A model generated the notes under the pieces. That model searched no databases. It worked only from the letters and a program-made list of their open reading frames with translations, and was not told where the DNA came from. A stretch of 52,807 nucleotides of DNA from an uncultured Chlamydiae bacterium (GTDB lineage: Bacteria > Chlamydiota > Chlamydiia > Chlamydiales > SM23-39). The translations under genes were made by a program, and so were the position numbers. Shown one piece after another: positions 1 to 7,460 of this stretch. Every line of letters starts with the position of its first letter. Position 1 is the stretch's first letter. The DNA lies in assembly GCA_937899275.1 (NCBI GenBank), contig CALBPE010000113.1, positions 1 through 52,807 on the forward strand. Reading direction: 5' to 3'.

Positions 1-130
1 CGCAGCGGTCTCTTTGTTTATATTTAAATCTATATCTAAAAGCATTTTACCCTCTATGCTGCCTATCTATTAATAGCAAACTTTTATTTTTGCTTTACTT
101 AATAATATTATACATTATTTTATATTAAAT

Positions 131-344
131 TTAAATAAAATTTATATTAATTATAATGTAAGTGTCTAATTTTAAAGTTAGTGTGTTTTTTACTTTTTGA
201 AAAAAATGAACAGAAGAAGGGTTGATTCGAGCGCAAGTAATAGAAGATCTGGCACTTATATCTTCGGAGTGGCTTGCGTAACTTGACTTTTGGACACAGT
301 TCACGAGCAGCGCAAAATCTGGCGCTAGATACATTGCAGAGCGC
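131..344 (-). pseudogene. 3' remnant of the paralog at 3236-3748
   Basis: 210-344 is a direct repeat of 3342-3476; peptide LAPDFALLVNCVQKSSYASHSEDISARSSITCARINPSSV matches LAPDLALLMNFVQRSIYASLSEDISARFAITCAQINPSSV; the 5' part is missing. Confidence 0.6.
210..344. repeat. 135-bp direct repeat, copy 1 (copy 2 at 3342-3476)
   Basis: acagaagaagggttgatt...ggcgctaga...ttgcag aligns without gaps between the copies, with scattered substitutions. Confidence 0.9.
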
Positions 345-380
345 TTTATACCGAGCTAAATTTCTACTATTTCGGCCTGT

Positions 381-690
381 TGGAGTGCCCCCCATTTAAA
401 GTAAACCATCCTGTCTGAATCTAAGACATAAGAGAAAGACGAGGTGTATGACTAAATCCAACCATATTGAGGTAATCACCTCAACAGCAAGATATAAATG
501 ATGGAGCGTTGAAGACAAAAAAAGCCATCGTTGAACAAACGTACCAGCCTGAGATGAGCGTTTCCCTTATAGCGCGAAAATATGATAGAAGTCCTAGCCA
601 ACTATTTACATGGAGAAGACTCATGGAAGAGGAAAGCTTGGCCGAAAAAAAGCGGTACTAGATGAGAGCTATTTCCGAAGCCCTATAGGC
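381..690 (+). mobile_element. IS3-family (IS2-like) insertion sequence remnant: left end plus decayed transposase orfA
   Basis: Begins TGGAGTGCCCCCC at 381 (IS2-type terminus); GAGGTG RBS and ATG at 448; reads MTKSNHIEVITSTARYK*WSVEDKK[frameshift]AIVEQTYQPEMSVSLIARKYDRSPSQLFTWRR, resembling the IS2 OrfA HTH ([34 protein letters not shown]); A7G slippery motif near 645-652; no orfB integrase core or right IR seen. Confidence 0.8.
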
Positions 691-739
691 CTCTTAGGTC
701 TATCGATCAGGCCTTGCTAAGAAAAAAAAGACTGCGTTC

Positions 740-770
740 TAAGACCTCTTTTGCTCAAAAAGAGGTCTTA
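740..770. terminator. 13-bp stem hairpin, probable terminator of the 1756->819 gene pair
   Basis: taagacctctttt-gctca-aaaagaggtctta is a perfect inverted repeat about 50 nt downstream of the stop at 819. Confidence 0.55.
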
Positions 771-818
771 TGACTCCAAAGCGGATGTAGTGAAAACGCC
801 CTTTCTATCGATCTGCGT

Positions 819-1300
819 TTAAATGTCTTCTTCTTCTAAATGATCTCGCGTGAAACCATTCTTCAGTGTTTCAACAACTACTTCAGTTAGGCTAGGTTCC
901 TTTGTCGGGCTGGGTGCAGGAGTTTTTGCATTTGCTGCCTGATTGGGCTTTGTATTTTCTACACCTCTACCCTCAGACTCTTCAGGCAAAAACTTCTTAT
1001 ATCCAGTTTCTATATACTCTGGATTGAAAAAGTTCAACACACTGACCAATAAAGAGCCTACAATGGGGGTGAGTAAAAGAGAAAAGCGCAGAACTCCTTT
1101 TTGCCGTGCGCACCTTCCTCTCACATTGCCCGATACATTTTCTCCTGAGGGGGAAAAATAAGACCACAACAATAAAGCTCCATCGACTAGATTGCCATTT
1201 CTGCAACGATGGGAAATGTTTCTCTTTTTTGGTATGCACGGAAATTTATTGCAAATGGCTCAACCGTATTGTTATCTACTGCTGGCAAATGAGAGGGCAT
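819..1300 (-). pseudogene. Frameshifted paralog of 2103-2714 (hypothetical membrane protein)
   Basis: GGAGG RBS and ATG at 1300 give MPSHLPAVDNNTVEPFAINFRAYQKRETFPIVAE; a 1-nt deletion near 1196 relative to the 2714 copy breaks the frame, which resumes as ORF 819..1172 (QKGVLRFSLLLTPIVGSLLVSVLNFFNPEYIETG). Confidence 0.8.
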
Positions 1301-1315
1301 TTTTCCTCCAAAATT

Positions 1316-1756
1316 TTATTCTTGTGTAGACATGTTTTCTAATGTTGATACCGCTCTTTTAGAATATTGATGATATTCTTCTTCAATACGAATACCCTGC
1401 TCTGCTCTGCGGCATTCAAAACGAAAGGTGCATTCGTTGGTGTTATAATCAGTATATGCAATGTTTAGCATTGGAATTGCTAAAGGGATCACACCCAAAA
1501 GATACCGGGCGTAGCTCTTTTCCTCTAAATAGCTTCCATATACACTGGATTTGATCTTCTTCAAAGTGTCACGGCCACAACCAGTTACCTTCACAAATCC
1601 AGCAAAGATATTTTTCACTAGAGCAGCTACGATATCTACCACTGTAAGAAGAGTTCCTACTATAAGAGTCTCCTCCAAATCATGTAGCAGTTGAATATCA
1701 TTTAAATTTTCCGCTATGGATGCTGGCAGGATTTCCATCTCAGTAACAGCAGTCAT
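1316..1756 (-). CDS. Hypothetical protein, paralog of 2717-3142
   Basis: 146-aa ORF with AAAAGGG upstream of the start; core IQLLHDLEETLIVGTLLTVVDIVAALVKNIFAGFVKVTGCGR is nearly identical to 2717-3142. Confidence 0.8.
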   Translation of the reverse strand: MTAVTEMEILPASIAENLNDIQLLHDLEETLIVGTLLTVVDIVAALVKNIFAGFVKVTGCGRDTLKKIKSSVYGSYLEEKSYARYLLGVIPLAIPMLNIAYTDYNTNECTFRFECRRAEQGIRIEEEYHQYSKRAVSTLENMSTQE

Positions 1757-2102
1757 TACAACCCCTTTTCTTTTAATTAATTAGTACTATTATATAATAT
1801 TTTAATTTAAATTTCAATAAATGTTTTGCTATTTAATATGCAGGTGTTAGTTTTTAATAATAATAGCTTTTTATATAGAATACGGCTAAAAACAGAAAAA
1901 GGGCTGCAGGCGAAATACACTACCTAAACCTCTTATTTCCATAGGGATATGTAATATTAGCTCTAAACACGGAAAAGAAGATACGCAAGAACAACATAAA
2001 CAAGCACGAGACGCTTCAGCAGTCGATTTTTTACTGCGTATTGGAGAAAAGGAAGGCGGCAAAGGCATTTTACATACAACGCAAGACCTGGCAGCAGGTA
2101 AA

Positions 2103-2714
2103 TTAAAGAGCGCTTGCAGAAAGCCCAGACATTTTTCTGAGACTGTCATTTGCTACAGCCATAAGCTCTTCATTCACTATAGTTCTGAGCGCTGTAACCT
2201 GCGTGCCGATCTTACTGTTTACCAATATGAGCGTTTTTTTTCTCAGAAACACATCCGATGAGTTTCGGAAGTTAGTGCGAGTTTCATTCAATATTTTTTC
2301 TACTTCTGAACTGAGGATACCATACACTACCGGTCTGAGCATTTCAGGTTCTACGTGGCTATCCTCAAGATGGTATAATGACAAAAGATCTTCACGCATA
2401 AGCGCCTTGTAACATCCAGTTTCTATATACTCTGGATTGAAAAAGTTCCACACACTGACCAATAAAGAGCCTACAATGGGGATGAGTAAAAGAGCAAAGC
2501 GCAGGACACCTTTTTGCTGTACGTAGCTTCTTCTCACATTTTGCACCGCACTTCCCTCTGCAGAAGAAAAACAAGAGTACAACAACAAAGCTCCGTCAAA
2601 TAGATTGCTAATTTCTGCAATGATGGGAATGGTTTCTCTTTTTTGGTATGCACGGAAATTTCTCGCAAATTGCTGAATCGTATTTTTATCTACTGCTGGC
2701 AAATGAGATGGCAT
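2103..2714 (-). CDS. Hypothetical membrane protein (IPIIA / LIPIVG hydrophobic motifs, helical C-terminus)
   Basis: 203-aa ORF starting 2 nt after the upstream stop, with AAGGGG RBS; 5' ~300 bp duplicated at 1001-1300. Confidence 0.8.
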   Translation of the reverse strand: MPSHLPAVDKNTIQQFARNFRAYQKRETIPIIAEISNLFDGALLLYSCFSSAEGSAVQNVRRSYVQQKGVLRFALLLIPIVGSLLVSVWNFFNPEYIETGCYKALMREDLLSLYHLEDSHVEPEMLRPVVYGILSSEVEKILNETRTNFRNSSDVFLRKKTLILVNSKIGTQVTALRTIVNEELMAVANDSLRKMSGLSASAL

Positions 2715-2716
2715 TT

Positions 2717-3142
2717 TTATTCCCCTTCTACCTTCTTCTTAAGTACATGCTCTACCCTGGAAGAATATTCATACTTTGTAACTGAACCACTCATATAAAC
2801 TTCGAATGAGGTTTTGTCGGTGCTATACCAGTTTAAAGCCAGAATCGCAAAAGGAATCAAACCCAAGAGGTACCGAGAGTAAGACTTTTGTGTTAAATAG
2901 CAGCCATACGAACTGGAATTGATACGCTTCAAGGCGCCACGGCCACAACCAGTTACCTTCACAAATCCCGCAAAAATATTTTTCGCTATAGCAGCTACGA
3001 TATCTACTACTGTAAGAAGAGTTCCTGCTATAGGAGTCGCCTCCAAATCATGTAGCAGCTGAATAGGTGCTGCTTCTTTCGGATGAGAACTTGAAAGTGG
3101 AACTGGAATACGTGGAACTGGAATACGTGGAACTGGAATCAT
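2717..3142 (-). CDS. Hypothetical protein, paralog of 1316-1756, with N-terminal IPVPR repeats
   Basis: 141-aa ORF with AGAGG RBS; core shared with 1316-1756. Confidence 0.8.
   Translation of the reverse strand: MIPVPRIPVPRIPVPLSSSHPKEAAPIQLLHDLEATPIAGTLLTVVDIVAAIAKNIFAGFVKVTGCGRGALKRINSSSYGCYLTQKSYSRYLLGLIPFAILALNWYSTDKTSFEVYMSGSVTKYEYSSRVEHVLKKKVEGE
3097..3139. repeat. 15-bp tandem repeat, ~3 copies (gtggaactggaatac)
   Basis: Directly visible; encodes IPVPR-IPVPR-IPVP on the minus strand. Confidence 0.95.
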
Positions 3143-3235
3143 TATATACCTCTATTTTTGTCTAATTTAATATTATTATATATTATTTTACATTAAATAT
3201 TAATATATTTTTACATTTCAAAGCAAAAATCGTTT

Positions 3236-3748
3236 TTAAATACGATTAAGCATGTAAAGATACGACACTGAGATAAACGGCTGGATCTTTATTTCCCATA
3301 CCTTCCTAATCGCTTCTTGCTGTTTTTCGGAGAAAAAACACACAGAAGAAGGGTTGATTTGAGCGCAAGTAATAGCAAATCTTGCACTTATATCTTCGGA
3401 AAGGCTTGCGTAAATTGACCTTTGGACAAAGTTCATGAGAAGCGCAAGATCTGGCGCTAGACAAATTGCAGGGCGCCTTTTTTCCTACAGGTAGCCGTAA
3501 TAAGGGCTACTTCTCCAAGGCGAGTCGTAGTTTACACCCTGCAGAAAAAAATACTTCATACAAAAATCGATGATCGTTGACATCGCGCCTAAAAGAGGGA
3601 CCGCTTCTAGAGTCTGATAGCGCTCAACAGCAGATACATAGGATGTAAAGGTCTTGATTTCCGCTTCAGAATGCTGGTTTTGCGAGCTAAAAGGAGTCTT
3701 TCCTATCGAGCAAAATGTGGGTTTAATTACACCTGACATATTATCCAT
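3236..3748 (-). pseudogene. Third member of the same paralog family, with an in-frame TAG at 3485-3487
   Basis: ORFs 3485..3748 and 3236..3436 are in the same frame (YYGYL*EKRRPAICLAPDLALLMNF); YQTLEAVPLLGAMSTIID and YYGYL*EK parallel motifs in the neighbouring paralogs. Confidence 0.65.
3342..3476. repeat. 135-bp direct repeat, copy 2 (copy 1 at 210-344)
   Basis: Same alignment as copy 1. Confidence 0.9.
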
Positions 3749-3863
3749 TAGTTATATTACATTATTTTAGCGTCTTTTTTATTTAAATTTAATAAAAATA
3801 TTTTAAATAAAACCTTTACTTGTCTTTTTTAATTCATTATAAATAGGGATAGGAGACATTGTT

Positions 3864-5147
3864 ATGGCATATAAAAGAGTGGTGATTATTGGAGGGGGGT
3901 TCGCTGGACTCACTGCAGCAAAACAGTTAGGAGATAGCAACTTTGATGTGTGGGTTGTAGATAAAGCCAACCACCATTTATTTCAGCCTCTTCTTTATCA
4001 AGTAGCTACTGCAGGGCTTTCTCCAAACGATATTGCCGCTCCTATTAGAGAGGTATTAGCGCGCTATCGCAACATCACGGTTGTGATGGGAGATGTCATT
4101 CGTATCGATAAAAAACAGCGGATGATCCATTTGAAAAATGGAGATGATCTAGCTTTTGATTATCTTATCATCGCTGTAGGAGCAAAACACTCCTACTTCA
4201 ATAAACCCGAATGGAGCCAGCTTGCACCGGGATTAAAAACCCTAGATGACGCGTTAACGATTCGGGAAAATATCCTCATGTCTTTTGAGAAGGCAGAAAG
4301 ATGCGACAGCATTTCTGAAGCAAGAAAATACCTCAACTTCGTGATTGTAGGAGGAGGACCTACTGGAGTGGAAATGGCAGGCGCCATTGCAGAAATTGCC
4401 TACGAAACGATGCTGAAAAACTTCCGAAGAATCAATATCAAAAACACCAAAATCTACCTCATTGAAGGAGGAACGCAGATTTTATCTGCCTACCCAAAAT
4501 ATTTAGCAAAAACCGCTCAGAAATACCTAGAGCGCTTTGGAGTGATTGTTATTACAGGAAAACGCGTCAGCAACGTATCAAATGAGGGCGTCCACTTTGA
4601 CGGGCAGTTTATAGAAACTAAAAACATCGTTTGGGCTGCAGGCAATGAAGCATCGCCCCTATTAAAAACCTTAGATACCCCGTTGGATAAAATGGGAAGA
4701 GCTTTAATTAATCCTGACTTAAGCATACCTAATGATCCCAATATTTTTGTCTTAGGAGACGCCTCCGCCTTATGCAATAAAAAAGGAGAGATGCTTCCCG
4801 CTTTAGCGCCTGTAGCAATTCAGCAGGGAAAGTACGTAGCTCGCCTGATCAAAAAAAAGAAAAAGAAGGATAAAAGAAGGCCTTTTAAATACTTTGATAA
4901 GGGAAGTATGGCAACCATCGGAAAATCCAAAGCGATTGGGCAATTCAAAGGTATTCCTTTTAAAGGGCTTATAGCTTGGCTTGCATGGTCATTTATTCAT
5001 ATCGTATACTTGATTGGATTTCGAAACCGCCTTAGCGTACTTGCTCAATGGATCTTCGCTTATTACGCATCGCAAAGAGGTGCGCGGCTGATCTTCAAAT
5101 CTCTCGACGACGAGCTCATGCCAGAGAAAAAGCCAAAAGAAGAATAG
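3864..5147 (+). CDS. ndh: Type II NADH dehydrogenase (NAD(P)/FAD-dependent oxidoreductase)
   Basis: IIGGGFAG, HLFQPLLYQVAT, VGGGPTGVEMAG, WAAG, APVAIQQG, DKGSMATIG motifs; AGGAGA RBS. Confidence 0.93.
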   Translation: MAYKRVVIIGGGFAGLTAAKQLGDSNFDVWVVDKANHHLFQPLLYQVATAGLSPNDIAAPIREVLARYRNITVVMGDVIRIDKKQRMIHLKNGDDLAFDYLIIAVGAKHSYFNKPEWSQLAPGLKTLDDALTIRENILMSFEKAERCDSISEARKYLNFVIVGGGPTGVEMAGAIAEIAYETMLKNFRRINIKNTKIYLIEGGTQILSAYPKYLAKTAQKYLERFGVIVITGKRVSNVSNEGVHFDGQFIETKNIVWAAGNEASPLLKTLDTPLDKMGRALINPDLSIPNDPNIFVLGDASALCNKKGEMLPALAPVAIQQGKYVARLIKKKKKKDKRRPFKYFDKGSMATIGKSKAIGQFKGIPFKGLIAWLAWSFIHIVYLIGFRNRLSVLAQWIFAYYASQRGARLIFKSLDDELMPEKKPKEE

Positions 5148-6532
5148 TCCAATTTTTCCAGGAAAACCCCCTGGTGATCTATGCCGCTATTTTTCTGATG
5201 GGATGTGGGCTAAAAATCCACTTTTCTTACGCGTATCTTCTGCCTTTATTCCTTCTTTTTTACACTGCGCCTAAAAGGACTTTTCTATCAATTCCTTTAC
5301 TACTTGCTGCGTATAGCTACGCCCCCACAGATCCTTGTGTAAAGAAGCCTATCTACCAAGAAGGGGTTTTTACAGCGCATAGCTGGATCAAACAAAACTC
5401 CCATTTTCGAACAAGTTACAAAGGAAAAGGAACGGTTCAAATTGGAGGCAGGTCTTGGAAAGCTAATCTATATCTACCCTACGAGCCGAAAGAAATTGCC
5501 CGCTACCAATTTTCTGGGATCATCAAACAAAAACGCCCTTTTACCCTTATATTGTATCCGAAAAAACCCCTTCAGAAAATAGAGACGCTACCCTTTGCAA
5601 GCGCAAAAAAACGACTGCAAAAAAAACTCGATTTGGTGATCGAAAAGCAGATACCAGAAAAAGAAGTGGCCCACTTTTTGCAGGCATTTTTTTTCGGCAA
5701 CCAAAGCGATCCATTTTTGCGCTATGCATTTCGATCGCTTGGTCTATCACATATCTTAGCGATTTCTGGACTGCATTTTTGCCTACTTGCTGGGATTTTT
5801 TTCACCCTATGGAAATGGCTCACAAATAGAACGATTGCTTTATCTCTCTCAATATTTTGTATCGTCATATATGGCTTTTTCATTGACAGCTCCCCTTCAA
5901 GTATCCGCGCTTTATGTATGATTGTGGCGGCGTTTACAGCAGAGTTGACTGGAAAAAAAACAAGAGCCTGCAATCTCCTTGCGTTTGCTTGTTTAGTAGA
6001 ACTTACCCTAAATCCTTTAAGCTTAATCACCCCAAGTTTTCAGCTGAGCTTTTCTAGCTGCACCGCCTTACTATTTTTTCAAATACCCTGCATGCAGGTG
6101 GTGCAGCGTATATTAGGCAGCAGCAGCGCTTTCCAAGGGCCTTTTTTCCTAAAAGTCTCTGTGTATTTACAAGAAGCTCTTGCCGCTTCTTTTGCTATCT
6201 ATTTAGTATCGGGTCCCTTGGTATTATGCCACTTTTCTACTCTTTCTCTTTCCTCTTTATTCTACAACCTGTTCGCCCCTTTATTGATTGTATGCGCAAT
6301 GACCCTATGGGCTATTTTTTGGCCTTTATGTGGGATGTTTACTATCAAATATTTTCTGCTCCTTAGTACAAAAATCGCATTAAGTACCTGTTTATACCCT
6401 CCCTACTTTATGCGAGATTGGGCTGTTTTTTTCCCTTTACCTGTAGATTTTGTGATTTTATGGATCTCGATGCTACTTTTTATCGGGTTTACCTTGCAAG
6501 CAAGAGGGAGTTTTGGCTATGATACTATCTGA
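5048..6532 (+). CDS. comEC: ComEC/Rec2-family competence membrane protein (true start probably near 5140-5200)
   Basis: GLSHILAISGLHF, SPSSIRA and SFQLSF competence-domain motifs; many TM segments; no C-terminal metallo-beta-lactamase domain. Confidence 0.85.
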   Translation: MDLRLLRIAKRCAADLQISRRRAHAREKAKRRIVQFFQENPLVIYAAIFLMGCGLKIHFSYAYLLPLFLLFYTAPKRTFLSIPLLLAAYSYAPTDPCVKKPIYQEGVFTAHSWIKQNSHFRTSYKGKGTVQIGGRSWKANLYLPYEPKEIARYQFSGIIKQKRPFTLILYPKKPLQKIETLPFASAKKRLQKKLDLVIEKQIPEKEVAHFLQAFFFGNQSDPFLRYAFRSLGLSHILAISGLHFCLLAGIFFTLWKWLTNRTIALSLSIFCIVIYGFFIDSSPSSIRALCMIVAAFTAELTGKKTRACNLLAFACLVELTLNPLSLITPSFQLSFSSCTALLFFQIPCMQVVQRILGSSSAFQGPFFLKVSVYLQEALAASFAIYLVSGPLVLCHFSTLSLSSLFYNLFAPLLIVCAMTLWAIFWPLCGMFTIKYFLLLSTKIALSTCLYPPYFMRDWAVFFPLPVDFVILWISMLLFIGFTLQARGSFGYDTI

Positions 6533-6544
6533 ATATCTCCCTAC

Positions 6545-6621
6545 GGTGGCCGTAGCTCAGCTGGTAGAGCATTGGATTGTGATTCCAAGGGTCGCGGGTT
6601 CAAGTCCCGTCGGTCGCCCCA
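6545..6621 (+). tRNA. tRNA-His (GTG)
   Basis: G-1 plus GTGGCCG/CGGTCGC acceptor stem, anticodon arm TTGGA-TTGTGAT-TCCAA, GGTTCAAGTCC T-arm, encoded CCA. Confidence 0.97.
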
Positions 6622-6636
6622 TTTTTTTTATTTTTT

Positions 6637-7401
6637 ATGGATCTTTACATTGCAGCTATTTTAGGGATGATTCAAGGCGCTTTAGAATTTTTCCCCGTTA
6701 GCTCTTCTTTTCATCTTCATATCGCAAAAAAATATTTTTCCGCTCAAACGCTTCCCTTATTTGATCTTGTATGCCATACAGCTACGTTGACATCGGCTCT
6801 TTATTTTTTTCGAAGGGAGTTTTCTCAGCTGCTACAAAAAAAAGATACCTATATGCAGGTAACTATTGCTTTAGTTCCCCTTTTTTTCGGGTATTTTTTT
6901 TTCTCTCTTTTTCTAAAAAACGCCTCTGACACGCTGTACGCAGTAGGACTTTTCTTCTCTGGAAGTATGTTATTTGCTTCTTCTTATTTGCAGGAGGCAT
7001 CTCCCTGTGTTCATAGAAAAAAAACCGCTTTATTTATTGGATCGATGCAAACGCTTGCGCTCATTCCAGGAGTATCGAGAAGCGGCTTTACCGTAAGCGC
7101 TGCGCTTTTTCGAGGGTGGAGTCAAAAAAACGCAGTGGTCTTTTCTTTTCTTTTAGCTACCCCGACAATTCTAGGAGGCATTGTAGTAGAGCTAATCCAG
7201 CTAGACGCTACAGCAGTTAACTCTACCCACTTGCCGCCTTACCTCGTCGGTTTTTTTAGCGCTTTGGTTACAGGTAGTTTGAGTATTCAGTGGATTTATT
7301 GGATATTTTCGAGAAAAAACCGCAAGCATGCTGCCTACTACCTTTGGATTCTTTCGAGCGCGTGTCTATTCACTTCACTCGTGAACTCATCCGTTTGCTA
7401 A
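6637..7401 (+). CDS. uppP: Undecaprenyl-diphosphate phosphatase (UppP/BacA)
   Basis: LGMIQGALEFFPVSSSFHL and QTLALIPGVSRSGFT signature motifs. Confidence 0.92.
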   Translation: MDLYIAAILGMIQGALEFFPVSSSFHLHIAKKYFSAQTLPLFDLVCHTATLTSALYFFRREFSQLLQKKDTYMQVTIALVPLFFGYFFFSLFLKNASDTLYAVGLFFSGSMLFASSYLQEASPCVHRKKTALFIGSMQTLALIPGVSRSGFTVSAALFRGWSQKNAVVFSFLLATPTILGGIVVELIQLDATAVNSTHLPPYLVGFFSALVTGSLSIQWIYWIFSRKNRKHAAYYLWILSSACLFTSLVNSSVC

Positions 7402-7460
7402 CATCTAATTCTGAATTGTGTTATGGATAAAAGAGAAGGAATTTCCTTATACTCATTTGC

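Noticed and set aside
210-344. 135-bp repeat as a structured ncRNA or MITE
   Set aside because: No terminal inverted repeats seen; it is better explained as the coding 3' part of the gene at 3236-3748.
147-395. 82-aa Cys-rich ORF
   Set aside because: An alternative frame over the repeat that runs into the IS end; the other frame is the one continuous with the paralog family.
1886-2149. 87-aa Cys-rich ORF and the long open frame antisense to it
   Set aside because: Overlaps the 2103-2714 gene, has no convincing RBS or recognisable motif, and the antisense frame lacks a start.
3097-3139. CRISPR-like array
   Set aside because: Contiguous 15-bp units with no spacers, inside a CDS; no cas genes in the window.
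6545-6621. tRNA-anchored genomic island or prophage (also checked tRNA-Arg)
   Set aside because: No integrase and no duplicated tRNA 3' end seen; the flanking genes are housekeeping.
6513-6701. 62-aa ORF
   Set aside because: Shadow of tRNA-His.
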